A DNA stretch of 61,982 nucleotides, filler included, from Squatina squatina (lineage: Eukaryota), in assembly GCA_031763465.1 (NCBI GenBank). It is 3 parts of 3 records of this genome, joined end to end, with 100 filler letters (N's around TTAATTAATTAA, not from the genome) between each part and the next. Parts side by side here need not be neighbours in the genome. Positions count along the whole stretch, not along the records: positions 45,721 to 61,982 come from JARFOE010000233.1; 2 more parts are not named here. One strand, given 5' to 3'. This document shows positions 48,117 through 61,982 of the stretch, piece by piece. The position numbers and the translations under genes are program-made. Position 1 is the stretch's first letter; the number at the start of each line of letters is the position of its first letter. The notes under the pieces were generated by a model that saw nothing but the letters and a program-made list of their open reading frames with translations, searched no databases and was not told the DNA's origin.

Positions 48117-50893
48117 ACATTTCAGATTTTGCCTTTGTACGTGTATTTTTATAGTGCCTTATCACATCTCTTTGAAGTATCTGAAAGTACTACTGAATTA
48201 ACTGGAAACATTGCTATGCAGGCAAACATTACCACCAACAAAAGTTGATTGTGGGTGAAAGAAAAGAAAGGTCAATAGGAATTTGAGAGTCATGTGAGAA
48301 AATACATTTTCCAACTAGGTTGCTTACATAAGCTGTTTCTAATTAATATAATTATCTCTGGTTACATAATGATTGACCCCACATGTTGCAAAGGCAGGAT
48401 GCATAGGTTTTTGAAAGTGAGGTCTGGTTTATGCTGCTGATGCTTCTTTCCTTCTCTCATATTTTGCCATGTTATACAGGCAGAATAAAAAGCTATTCAC
48501 CACTCATCGTACCATGTAATTATGAATGAATATCCTAATATTTTATCATCCTGATGTGAGGTAAGTATTTTGACATCCCAAGACTCTTTCCTAATTTGCT
48601 CACACTATACAAAATCAATTTGTCCATTAATCATTTATATCATTTGAATTGATTGTCTCTGTTGTGAAAACAACCATTCCCTTCTACATTGTGACCTAAA
48701 CCCCAGGAAGTATTTTGTTATTGAATTGCAGTTGATTTGCTAGATAAAGCTAATCTCAGTCTGATCTCTGTTGTGAAGATGGTGGAACTGTTAATTATTT
48801 ATGCTTCCATTATTCCTAAGATTTTGTGTGAATAACTGGATTGTAGAAGTTGGGGCAGAATTTTTTGTTATTCTTTCGCCTCCATTAATCTTCCACCTAA
48901 TACCAGCCGCAGGGGGCACCACAGACGTGGGAGAGCTGGCCTAAAACGCTCCCCCAGTGTCAATCACAGCCTCCTTCCAGCTACAAAAGGAAATATTTTC
49001 CTTTAGCAATCTATTTGGCAGCTCACTGAGATCCGTGCTAGAGCTTGCCTTGAGATTGCTGAAGCTGAATGAATACTGCCTTTAGGGCACATCTCTGTAG
49101 CTGGAGGGTCGATGGTTAGCTACAGATGGCATGTTTTTGACCAAAGTGCTTTTGAATCTGTGTTGGGACAAGAAGCTCAATGGTGATTGGGTGTGTGGGG
49201 AGCTGTGAGCTGCTGGATAAGCTTTTCTTGCATGTTTAATTCATCTGATCTTTAAGAATGCTCAGCAATTTTTAATTTAGATAAATGCCTTTTATCCACA
49301 GCCTATGCCTACTTTATCAGTTCCTGACACCAGGAATGAGTAACTTGATGTATTTTTCAGATGGTCTACAGGTGTACCAGGTCAATTGTTCTATTTTAGA
49401 AAGCAAATGAATGAAGAAATACATATTGCATGTGTTATTTTCCAGTATTTAATATGATAATGTTACTATTTGGTTGGGAAATGCAGTTTCAATTTCTATT
49501 TAATTGTTATTTCTCGATATCAACACTGTCACAGTCAAATTTAGTCAGTTTGGTTTAGTTTAGTTTTCTATTGTGTATCACATTATATTTAAGTTTATTA
49601 AGAAAAATAGCAGCATTCTATGGATTAGCCAAATGATAATATACTAATTTAAGTTTCAAAAGAGTTAGGGTAGCACATAGTGTATTTGTTAATCGTTTTC
49701 TGTCGTACATTGTATACACATCAATGCTATTTTCAAATATTCCATTTGTAACTGCAGTATTACTGTTACCGTTTAACAGAAAATTGATGCAAAAAAGACT
49801 CCTGTTGCAAGATCCCTCATTAATGTCTTATTTTTGAGAGATCACAGGATGGTCAGAGATGAGGAAAAGAATCTAGCCCATCAATTCTCCCATCAAGAAA
49901 GATCCAAAAATCTTCCCTTTCAATATCCAATGATTCTGAAAAGATTCCAGAATTGGTGCCTCCGTTACTATTCCATACATTGGTCACTCGTTGTGAGGGA
50001 TCTCCTGACGTCTGTCCTAAATTTATCTTTTATTAGTTTGAACCTGTATCCCCTTGTCTTAGTCTTAGGGGGGAAAATTGGGCTACTTTGCGCCTCCCAT
50101 TTGCGTCCCTGGGGGACGATCGGGCCTCCGGCTAAATTCATCAGGCAGTAACACGTTGCACCCTGCTCTGCTGCGCCCGGCAATGCTGACATCATCATTG
50201 TGCACAATACCCCGGTAGCGGTCCAGAACAAAAATTGGCCCTCGCCCCCTGGTTTTGCGCCTGACACTGACAACGACAGCTTCAGCAGTCAGGTATCAGT
50301 CAGATATCGGCTGGAGGAGCGATATTTAAAGGCGCCACCATCTGATTTACTTTTAGTTGGACAATAATGGTTCCTTCTTAGTTTCGCATAGGCAGACAGG
50401 CATTGGGATCAATTTTAGCGATTTGGAGTTGAAGGACTGTTCTGGCTCTTAAAGATTCCTGACCTTCATTGAGGACAGATTTGAAACTCCAACATTTATA
50501 TTATTTCATGGTGGCTGTGCTGGCACCGGACCTCGAGCTCCAGCATCACCGTCAGAGCAAATTAAGGCACAAAAAAAGACTGCAAAATGTGGCCAGAGGG
50601 AGGAGGGCCAACAGGGCTCTCAACAGGAAGCCTTAGCCTCCTAGTGTATTCCGGTAGCAGTTCTCCTGCATCAATTTCACTGAGGAACAGTGGGCCTGAA
50701 TTTGCGATCTCCCCAGGTGGGAACGATGTTCCCACGCACCCGGGGAGACATTGCAAAGGCCAGTTACAGGGCTGTTCATCGAAACCATTCGCANNNNNNN
50801 NNNNNNNNNNNNNNNNNNNNNNNNNNNNNNNNNNNNNNNNNNNNNNNNNNNNNNNNNNNNNNNNNNNNNNNNNNNNNNNNNNNNNNNNNNNNN

Positions 50894-52625
50894 ACTGGGA
50901 CAGGAAGGAGGTGTACTGCTGGGACAGGCTCCACCTGAACAGGAGTGGAACCAGTGGCCTTGCGGAAAGGATAACTACGTCTGTTAATACGACTTTAAAC
51001 TAATAAGATGGGGGAAAGGATCTGGTGAAAATAACATAAGTCTGAAGATAAAAGAAATAGGAGATGAGAGTAAAGGTCAGACCAAGGTAACAAACAAGGG
51101 TAAAATAAACAATCAACAAATACTATTAAAAACAGTAGAATAAAAGGACTGTTAAAAACAAAGTAAAAAGAACAACTGCCTGTAAAACAATGTACACAAC
51201 GTCCAAAATAAAATGGGAGAACTGGGGGCAATAATCCATAGTGAGGAACCAGATGTAGTTGGAATAACATAGGCTACATAAAGAACAGAACTGGCACCCA
51301 AAATTTGCAGGTTATATTGCAGGTTATAACATAATCAGAAAGGATAGGAAAGGAAGAAAGGGCTGTACTAATTAGAGATAACATAATGGCTGTAGAGAAA
51401 AGGGACACAACTAATAGAAGGTTAGAAACAGAATCCATGTGGATTGAAATAAAAAAGGGGCCAATCACACTAATAGGGATATACTACAGACCACCTAATA
51501 GTGGAAAGGAGGTGGAGAAAGAAATATGTAAGCTAGTATGTGAAATGAATAAAGAATAGAGAATAATAATCATGGGAGATTGTGACTGCCTCCATAAGGG
51601 GTAGCAAAAGCAGTACAGGGAATTGAGTTTTTACAATGCGTCCAAGACTTTTCTTACTCAGTCGGTAAGAAGTCCAACAAGAGAGGGAGTACTTATGGAC
51701 CTAATAATAGGAAATGAAGCAGAACAGATAAGAGAAGTAAGCATAGGGGAACATCTGGGCAATAGCGATCACAACATAATAAGGTTTAAAATACAGATTG
51801 AGAAGGACATAAGTAAGACAAAGACCAAAGTAAAAAAAGATGATTTTAAAGGGTTGTGAATGGAAATAGGAGAAATAAACTGGGAAATATTACTGATAAA
51901 GAAATAGAACAGTCATGGAAAAAAATTAAAATGGTGATTGTTAAAGTCCAGGAGAAATATAACCCACTAAAAAGCAAGAACAAACCAACGAGTAACGAAT
52001 AACACACCATAGGCGAATAAAGAAGCAAAGGCAAAATTGAAACTAAAGAAAAAGGCATGCACAAAGCATGTAGACAACAAAGAGTGGATGACAAAAGGGA
52101 ATATAAAAACGTTAGGAAAGTCAAAAAAATTTAGGAAGGCAAAGAGAAACTACAAAATTTAAATTTCAAGGAATATAAAAAGAAATAGTAAAGCATTCTA
52201 CAGACATATAAATAACAAAATAAAAATCAGGATAGGGATGGGACCAGGGATACACACAATAAACTCACAGGTAATGAGAGNNNNNNNNNNNNNNNNNNNN
52301 NNNNNNNNNNNNNNNNNNNNNNNNNNNNNNNNNNNNNNNNNNNNNNNNNNNNNNNNNNNNNNNNNNNNNNNNNNNNNNNNTATATTGTATTTGGAATTTA
52401 GGAAAGCCTTTGGAAAGGTACCATATGAGAAATTATTAGACAAGATTAAGGGGTATAGAATTAAGGGGAGGATAGTATGATGGATTATACATTGGTTAGA
52501 AGGGGGAAAACAGAGAGTAAGAGTAAAGGTCAGTTTTTAAGAGTTGTTGGAAGTGGGCAGCAGTGTTACAAAGGATTCCGTTTTGGGACCACTTCTGTTC
52601 ATTGTGTATATCAATGGTTTGGATT
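50894..52625 (+). mobile_element. CR1 LINE 5' portion: end of esterase-type ORF1, endonuclease, then RT fragment after gap
   Basis: WDRKEVYCWDRLHLN (DGLHLN-like), GIYYRPPNS, IIMGD, SPTREGVLMDLI, HLGNSDHNIIRF, YLEFRKAFGKVP. Confidence 0.85.
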
Positions 52626-54089
52626 TCAAAATACTGCTGATTTAACCAGCAACATTTTGATTATGCAAAAATGAGACTAATTTCAAAGGGCAAGCTCACA
52701 ATCCCCATGAGTCACTCCAGCCTTATGTATTATAAAGAATGGTTCCTCCTTCTGCTCTGATAAGAATAGATTTTAGAAACACATTTCTCCAGAAGCAAAC
52801 TATATTTCAGTATTACCAGGAATTGCTTTGCAGGACCTGTCTACTGTGAGGTTCAAAATAACTTTTTTAAATACAATCTACAACTGGAACGGCACGGCAA
52901 TCCTATAGATAAGAGCTAACAATGTAACTCGAGATTACTCACATTTTTAAGCATTTATTTTTGCATTTGAAACTAATTATTTTAAGGGATCTACCTTTTT
53001 TATCCTGTAAAATAAATTGTGGATGCATAGCAGAGTCTCATTCAATGTGACATTTAGGCAATGAACAGAACCATCTGAATAATGCACTAGATGGATCAAC
53101 ATCAAAATGCACCCATGATTTCACTTGTGCATTATTCAGTTGCATCTGCTTATTGTATAAATATCATACCCTGTTGTGCAGCCACTATTTATTTCACAGG
53201 ATAAAAAGACAAATAAAATGAGCGAAACATCTGTAAACATGACCAAAATTTTATAAGTTACCACTTCCCCATTTTATATAGAAATTTGTTTTGCAAAAAG
53301 AATAGCAGCATGAAAACTCAGAGAAAAAAGATAAACATTTATACAATGGGGGAAATCAAGCAACATTATCTCAGTGAGGTTGAAAGTCTATCAGTCTTTT
53401 TTTCCACTTCACCAAGCAATTTCACCCGGTCACCTCCTAAGGAAAAAGAAACAAAGGTAGCGGAGGGAACCATGTCAGAAACCAGGAGATGAAAAAGACC
53501 AGGGACAAAGACAAAATGCTGACATCAGGACCTCCTGCGGGAGCCATGATTTCTTTCAATTCCGTGGATATCCAAAATTAAAGACTGACGAGGTCCAGGC
53601 CGAGTTTCTCCAGCCTTTTTTGCAGATGTCCGCAGTATTTATGTAGAAGCCAGCAACTTGCTCCAAACCACTACCACAGTTAACCACGCACACATATGCA
53701 CATGCACTTATATAAACATACACACAGCCTAGACTCATTTTGCAACAAGAGTCATTGGTTTGCGATCAGGAGCAGTAAACCTGCCTCATTTGTCTTGGGA
53801 ATACCAAGGAAGGTTGGGGTTAACCGTCAGAAGCCCCTCGCTTCCCTTCTTGCCTCACTTGAGATCAGCTATCTCAGCTTGGCAGTGTGTTGCTTGCTTT
53901 TGGCTCTGTACCAAGCCAGATGTTGCATTTATCCACTGAGCCAGTGGCCACATCTGACATGAGAAACATGGGTNNNNNNNNNNNNNNNNNNNNNNNNNNN
54001 NNNNNNNNNNNNNNNNNNNNNNNNNNNNNNNNNNNNNNNNNNNNNNNNNNNNNNNNNNNNNNNNNNNNNNNNNAGAGTAGCGTGTTTAA

Positions 54090-54362
54090 ATAAACAACAA
54101 CTTGCATTTCTTTCGCACCTTTGATGTTGTAAAACATCCCAAGGTGCTTCACAGTAATATAATCAGACAAAATTTGACACCGAGCCAAAGATGGAGGTAT
54201 TCGGACAGGTGACTCTAAACTTGGTCAAAGAGGTAGGTCAAAGGAGCATCATAAAGGAGGCCAGATTTCGAGGAACACAGAATTTTTGGAGGGCTATAGG
54301 CTTGGAGGAGATTACAGAGATAGGGAGGGGCAAGTCCATGAAGAGTTTTGAACACAAGGGTG
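54090..54362 (-). mobile_element. L2 LINE 3' end
   Basis: aacaacaacttgcattt...aaaatttgacaccgagcc...ttggtcaaagaggtagg. Confidence 0.7.
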
Positions 54363-57300
54363 AGCTGTCAAATGTAACACCCTTATCCATGAATTATTTG
54401 TTCACTGCTTGTTTAATATTTAGTGAACTTTAAATAAAAATTCTACTTAGCAAAATGTTCCTGGGTGTGCTGTTTTGCAATTTACCACATATTCCCCCTA
54501 AAATTGTGTAAGATTAGCTTTGCAGATATTTTCTTATATCAGCTACTCACACATAGCAATTTGTAAGGGATTAACTAAAATCTTTAAAAGGGGCGTAACC
54601 AACATAAATTGAAGCACAGCTGCTACTTAAAAAATGTACACCTGCAAGCAAGTAATCAACGCTAATGGGAATAATGTAAGAATCAGTCTTCATTTAATTA
54701 TATGCAATCCACACTGAATATATCCATGAACCAAGTATGTTTATCCGAGAATCAGGATTTTCCTCATAATATCTTTCNNNNNNNNNNNNNNNNNNNNNNN
54801 NNNNNNNNNNNNNNNNNNNNNNNNNNNNNNNNNNNNNNNNNNNNNNNNNNNNNNNNNNNNNNNNNNNNNNNNNNNNNCATCCAAGAAACCTGGAGCATAT
54901 TCTCTCCCAGGTGGCGCTATTAGTCTGGCTTGTTCCAATCAGAGTGACTTCTACAAAGACTTCTACCACCTGTTCCAGCCACAATGCACCTCCCCTTTAA
55001 GAGGTGCAGGCTGGCTTTAACTCATGATAGACATCAACGATTTTCAGCCCACTGCTGAGGCATGCAGTCACTCAATAGCATGGTTAGTGCTGGCTCCATG
55101 CTGAAGTCATTGAAATGAGCTGGCAGCACAAAGTTGGCATACTGCCTGCATCACATTGAATGGGCGTGGGTTAATCACATGTTGTGATCCCTGGGCCTGT
55201 TTTTTGAGGGCTATCTAATTTAGCCCCCACCATGCTTTAATGAACAGGTGCTAGAAAAATATGTGGTGCTAATTTGGCAGTAAAGCTGACTTCAGTTTGT
55301 TTCTAGTGGTGTCGGGCAATAAAATAACCATAATTCTGTACAAATTGTCACTCTTACTCAGAGACAGCACAAAGGTACTTGATCTAAGGGTGGAAAGGTC
55401 ACTCTGGAACAGTACAGTGTGTTCTCCTGATGCTAATGTTGGGACACATTGTTGGGGTAGAGAAATTGGAGCGCTGACTGAGCATCTGTCCTATCTTATA
55501 CCTGATCTGAGACCCTATCCTAAGTCTGATCTACACCTGATGCTGGCACTGCAAGTCTTGATGAGCACAAAATTGATGTCATTCAAACATATTTTTACCC
55601 CACCATTCATTTTCTCACTGTCATCATGAAAAGTAACTATGCTCTGTACTCTAAGCTCAGCACCAAACATAGAAACTTCTATTCATTTATTTTTATTTGT
55701 ACCTGTCAGCCTGGTGATATTCTCTGTACCTGGTTCCTGATGATGGTGTGGCAGGGGAAATGTGACTGTATTCCTTGTTATTATCAGGGTGTACTATATG
55801 TTCGGTCTTTTGAGAAAAAAATGAGATATGCTTCCCAGTACTTGCTGATCAATGGCAGAAGTTTGTGTCCAATCCTCATCAGTCCAGGGAATAGAGTTTA
55901 TCGATATTCCCAAGTGCTCTTGTGAGAGCATGTTCAATCAGTGGCAGTCTGGTGGCAGTATAGCTGATTCTCAACAGTCAATAAAGGTATGGCCTTCAGA
56001 CTTCACAAGGACACTTGGATGTAGTTCTCAATTGCCGACTCAATATTGCTTTGAATAAAACTAGTTTCTGTCAAAACTAGGGTTAATGAACTGTAAATTT
56101 ACAAAATCATGTTTAGAATTAGTTAAAATGCAGAAAAAGCCTAATCATGTAGAAAACTAGAAACTATCTTATTAATTGGGAAAAGGCTGTGATGTGATTA
56201 TGAAGCGCATCACGCAATTCCTNNNNNNNNNNNNNNNNNNNNNNNNNNNNNNNNNNNNNNNNNNNNNNNNNNNNNNNNNNNNNNNNNNNNNNNNNNNNNN
56301 NNNNNNNNNNNNNNNNNNNNNNTTAAATATTTATTGGGCATTCCCAGCAACTCAAGGGTTCCCTACACCTGTAAGATCTGTCTTCCTCTACTTATCTTGT
56401 GGATGGTCACCAATTTCTTTCTTGCTACAGTATGCTTTTGTTCTGAACTGTCCAGCACTGTTTCTTGGCTGATCATATTCTGGAGAGTATGATCCAAAAA
56501 CTGCTTATTCTCTCTAATACTGCAGAATAGAGCAGATATCTGCACGAGCACTGGGACCCTCTATTCCAGAGATTCAATTTTCCAACACTCAGTGTGAATA
56601 TGCTGCCCTTGGATACATTAAGGATCCATGACGTCGCACATGCAGCATAAAGGAACCCTGTTGAGCCGTTTTTTTCTGAGCAAATTTATGCATAACTGAA
56701 TTCCCTCAATCATTTGAGAGGCTACCGAGATACAGCTACCGAAAACCTCTGCTGATCATTTATGTAGCCCCGCCCCTGTGCAAAAGACCAGCTCTGAGAT
56801 TCCCACATTTACACAAATAATGCACCGGCGTTGGTTTACATGCAAGATTTGGGTTTTGCATAGCCTGAAGTCACCTGATATCAGCATAACTGAGATCTGG
56901 AGTTTGATAACAATTTATTTTCTTTGCGATTTAAAAAAAATTCTTACTATATGCTGCACTGTACTTAAACATATTGCTGCCAGCCTTAGTGCACCCAAAT
57001 TTTTTGGCAGAAGACAGCAGTCCTATATATTTCCCCAATTGGAGGCGTTTCATTTGTGCTTGTTTTGCGCTAGTTTTTACATTCCCACGTAGGTAAATGA
57101 GCTCCGCCGGAAATTTGGGCAAAATGACCCAATAGCAAGATTGACACAGCAACAGGCACAAATTTTGTAGTGATTTCGATCCAGGAAATTCTACTCCTTT
57201 GTGTCTAACTTAAAAAAAGGGCGGCTAAATTCCTACTAGCATCAAAATTAATCTTGTTCACTTCACCGACTATCAATTTGATAAAAAGAAATTCCTGTCC

Positions 57301-60300
57301 AATGGCATCTCAAGGCAGCACTCCTACTGGCACTAAACTTCACACTCCTCTGATTTTTCACAATCTCCAGTCTCCAGTCTCTCGGTGCTCAAGTTATGGT
57401 AAAACTGCCGACTGCTATTTTGACAGTTGTATGTATTGGAGTGAATATAGTTTTATACAATATATTGGTAATATGCTTGATTTATATTTTGCAGTTGCAC
57501 CACACTAAATGGAAATTATGCCCATGGTCTAAGCTTTGTGAAGATGAAAGCTGGTGTTTAATGAGGTGTGATATGCTCTCTTACAATGCAAGGCACTGAG
57601 CTGTCATTTTATCAGAAACTCACTTCAACATCAACATAGTCATATAGATAGTATATATTAATAAAGGTTAAGTTTAAAATATTGGCCATAAAGGATATTT
57701 CCAAGCCTATATCTATTCCTTATCCTTTCAAATCTATGTCTACTTAGATTTACTGTGATAAAGGGATTTAAATCTAAAACATTAGGCACATTGATTCACT
57801 TTAGTGAATAAAAATGCTAATATATGCTTTGCTATGGCAGTTATATCAAAGAGAGCTTCTAATTACTGTACATCATACTCTTCACATCTCCACATTAAAC
57901 AATGTTAATTTAGTACCTCAACAACCACCACAGCCAATTACTACACACAATTTCANNNNNNNNNNNNNNNNNNNNNNNNNNNNNNNNNNNNNNNNNNNNN
58001 NNNNNNNNNNNNNNNNNNNNNNNNNNNNNNNNNNNNNNNNNNNNNNNNNNNNNNNAGTCAGAATGGCTCGAATTATACTTTGCAAAGTGACTGATTGCGT
58101 AGGCAGGGCGGTTCTAATTACACATTCCAGAGAAACCGCTGTGTCTTATCCTCCAAGGGGACCAATCAGTAATCAATCATATGATCAAGGGGACCCAATC
58201 ATAGCTTTAGGTGTTACAAATAAGTGTGTCCTTAAGCTTAAAGTGGCTCATCGTATATGTATATAGCGTCAGCCGCTGTGACAGTTAGAGAAAATCGTTG
58301 GTGAGTCAGCAAGCAATAAAGTGTTCATTTGGAATAAAGCCCAGGTTTTCTACTGAGTGGCTTAGACCAGAGAAGTAAAACAAAAGATATTACAAAAGAG
58401 TGAAGAGAGGGGTTATTAAAAATAAATACTGTGGGATGTGTCTGACAATAACACTAGTTAAAGAAAAATGTTCACTACACAAAACAAACAGTGATGGAGC
58501 CAATCAGAAGCTGAATCTACACCATTTAGCAAAACCTTTGCATGTCTAGTAATCTATCCTAATTAGTCTGTGTCATTGCCTTCCTTCACACTTTCATAAA
58601 TTATTTAATTTCACATTTTTACACATTCCCATTGCCAGAGCAGTGATATCAATGTTGCATATTAATCACTCAGCCCTGCTACAGAATGAGGAGCATACAG
58701 TACTTGATACTGTGATTTTCAGCTGAATTACAGACTGGGATCGTAAATTTTCATCTCAGTCCCTTATGAAGGCAAATAATTACAGGATAATAAAATATTA
58801 TTAACTTCCATTGAATAACTTTGAAAACCAGGAACTACGGTCCATTTACAGCTACACTAGTCACGAGGACTTAGGCATCCTCTCGGCCTTCTCTCTGAGC
58901 AAAAGAATAAAAGTGCAAAAATGAATCATAGTGTAACAAGCCAACACAGACTGCGAGAGCACAGTAAAATAGAAAGTAGGACAGCAAGGGAAAGCCCAGA
59001 GAGTAGGTAAAGAGAGCAAAAGTGCAAAAGAAAAGCCACAGTGCAGAAAGAACAAGTGATAGCAAAAGCTGAGCAAAAGACAGAGAAGGCAGAGCGGGTG
59101 ATAAATTGCAAGGAGGTGATTGTGAGTGCTATGAATGACGGCAAAACATTTCCTGATAATAGCACTGCAGGCGGGTATAGCTGGTACAGCTGGTTTACCT
59201 GGTATAGCTCAGTGCACTGCTCATTCAAAATGGTGACTTCCTTATTCATAGATGTTGCATCTATGGACAACTTGCAATAGACGGGGCCACAGTGAACCAT
59301 CCTTGATAGAGGTCATTGAGGGGGTGAAGGGTATGGGGGAAATGTAATAAATGTGATGTACATGGGNNNNNNNNNNNNNNNNNNNNNNNNNNNNNNNNNN
59401 NNNNNNNNNNNNNNNNNNNNNNNNNNNNNNNNNNNNNNNNNNNNNNNNNNNNNNNNNNNNNNNNNNGCGAAATAATGGAGCAGCGCAAAACGGGCGCTAA
59501 AATCACGCTTTTTGGTCCCCTTGCGTTTAAAACAGCGCAGTCTAATTGGATGCCCTCAGTCTATACATATTTTCATCAATTTGCATAAATCTCAAGCTGC
59601 TGATACGGAGTGTTCTAATTTAAAATTTATCCACTAGTGAGGCTGTATCACAAAAACAGAAAGACACAGCCCCTTTTCAAGACCACAAAGTTAAACAGGA
59701 GAAACTAGTGAATTCCATTTTTGCTGAAGAAATATTGATTTGTACCTAAAATACCAGGGCACTGGAGATTTGGTCACAGTCAACATAAGAAGCTTCTAAA
59801 ATTAAATGTCATTCAGATCTTAAGTGCCCTCAAATGTATGAGAACACAACTCTGCTATGCTCTAATTCTTTGAAATTGAAAGGTCAACCTCAATCTTCTT
59901 CTCAATGGTCCATGAGCATTGAACTTCTAGTATCTCCATTATCAACATGCATCAACCAGATAGCACCGGAGTTCCAAAGATGCATTTCAGCAATTTTTTA
60001 TATCATAGTAAAAAAGTCAAATAACAACCAACCGTTGTTCCCTTAAAAGAATTGCCTTCATTTTGAGACATTCCAATGACTCTGGCGTGCTTTTCACCTG
60101 AACCAAACTCCATAGCAGTTTCACAGGGTCAGTGTTCTGAATTTCTTTACCATTTGATAAATATTGAAGTGCCAGCTAGATTGCAAGTGCCTTACTTCTG
60201 TTCGCAAAGGAAGTGAAAACATGGAGCTCTTTCCCATCCCTTCGCCCAACTTACTGAAGATAGTACAAACAGAAAATGCTGGAAAAACTCAGCANNNNNN

Positions 60301-60394
60301 NNNNNNNNNNNNNNNNNNNNNNNNNNNNNNNNNNNNNNNNNNNNNNNNNNNNNNNNNNNNNNNNNNNNNNNNNNNNNNNNNNNNNNNNNNNNNN

Positions 60395-60455
60395 TTTTAT
60401 TGAAGTTTTGACAGTTCTTGACAGATCGCTGAGAACTGTCAAAACTTCAATAAAA
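60395..60455. repeat. Perfect 24-bp inverted repeat with 13-nt spacer
   Basis: ttttattgaagttttgacagttct / agaactgtcaaaacttcaataaaa. Confidence 0.95.
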
Positions 60456-61982
60456 GATACACCTACCTGATAGGCTGGGGCCTCTCCAGCCTCTTCCGTT
60501 TGACTTGCCCGGGAAACTAGAGAGCCCCGCTCCGAATCTCCAACTCGGGAGGGCTGAACATCGCAAACTCCTATGGATCCAGGACCCTTAGGTAACTACG
60601 TAAGGGAAATTGCAATCGGAGGCACCCGCACACATTGAGCCTCCGATCGCAATTTCAGGCCCATTATGTGGCACATGTTTAGAATAACAAAGTGCCATAG
60701 ACATATTTTATATTATAGTATATGGTTCAGAGAATGTTAAATTACATTTATATGATTCATACTTTTATTAAAAATGGTTCAGCAGCCTGTTTGAGCCTAT
60801 GTACTTTCCAACACATTTTGATTTTTTTTAACTAATCAACTCTGGCTACTTGATATAATAATCACTTACAGAACTACAGAAATCCAGAGGAATAGTGTCA
60901 ACATTTTGGGGGCTAGTAAAATATTACGTCTACATAAAAGGTTACCATGCAGCCCTTAGACTGAGCCTCTAACTATTAGATTGGAAGAAAGTTAAGACTG
61001 ACTGACAGAAAATCGATTGAACTTTTTTGCTCTGGACTTGCCTGGGCAAACATGCATTGCAAACATCTGTTACCCAATGGACGTGGTATTTTTGCACTTT
61101 TCTTGCTTTGTTCCTTGTCTTCGCCACTCACAGGTCTTTGCCTGTGGGATAAACCTTCTGAGGTATGTTGATTAAAACAGAGTCTTTGTGAATCTTCCCT
61201 ATCAATTTACATAACACATTATATGTGCCATTTATTGGTCCTTAAAATGATCTCACGGCATGGAAAAATATGTACTGCAGATCTAAAATACAAAAGAAAA
61301 GATAAAACATCATAATTTATTCATTATACAGTAGTTAACAATTTCAAAATATGTATTAAATTGTTCATTTGCTGTGCTCCCAGCAATCCTTCATGTTGCT
61401 CACACATTGCATCAGCTTTGCTCTACAAATCCCCATGGACATGCTTGTGATCCCAATTCTGTCATCTTGTTTATGCCATTCTTTTCTCAGAAAATGATGA
61501 GGCAGAATGAGAACAAGCACTGCTAAAGATGAAGTAATTCTCGGAGCTGACATCACTTGTCTCACTAGATAAAATCAGAGAAGCCTTTCAAAATAATGAC
61601 TTCAGAATGTGACAAAAGGTGCAGTGCAGAAATAAAGAACAATGGATACATAGGAAAGTGTTGCGGGCCAGTAACCCCATTATTGGTAGTTTCTGATGTG
61701 AGGAGTGAAGGCTAAGCGGTTTATACACATTAAGCACATTTGTCATGTCTTCTCTTATCACATATCTCCAGCACATATTGAAAAATCGAGAGGAGTATAC
61801 CTGTGATTTTTGAATACACACTGGTGGTACATGAGTACTCAGAAAATCTACACTGATATCTGAACCCTGAGGACATCACTGCAAACAAACACTGCTTCTC
61901 TTCGGGTAGTTGGCTTCCTTTTGGAAGTTACGATAAGGGTCCCCAGGAGTGTGTTGATATATACGGGGAATCTCCCCCACAG

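Noticed and set aside
58861-59300. Overlapping ORFs in a purine-rich stretch
   Set aside because: No recognisable domain or convincing splice sites; compositional bias.
61440-61982. Possible terminal exon on the minus strand (ttatctag|tgagacaag...)
   Set aside because: Short peptides with no recognisable homology to expected neighbours such as GASK1A or POMGNT2.

Overview
Gap-riddled eukaryotic draft sequence, not prokaryotic. It looks like a cartilaginous fish (shark/ray), inferred from the repeat landscape: CR1/HER1-type tails, L2, Deu-domain-like SINEs and Harbinger fragments. The block between two artificial TTAATTAATTAA linker gaps (17107-45620) carries exons of six genes in the same order as human 3p22: KLHL40 (partial exon), HHATL (2 exons), CCDC13 (3 exons), HIGD1A (1 exon), a near-complete single-exon ACKR2/D6 (+) and a complete intronless, very GC-rich CYP8B1 (-). 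The remainder is mostly decayed LINEs (CR1, L2, RTE, Tx1), SINE tails, PIF/Harbinger transposase and Myb/SANT fragments, and MITEs. I see no wholly new multi-gene system. The most interesting observations are: an in-frame 57-bp coding minisatellite in CYP8B1; an ACKR2 that has lost the DRY arginine (DMYLQIV) but keeps D2.50 and NPxxY; a hAT-like MITE supplying the first AATAAA after the CYP8B1 stop; and several assembly artefacts that limit interpretation. Gene and repeat-family names come from recalled similarity, not database searches.
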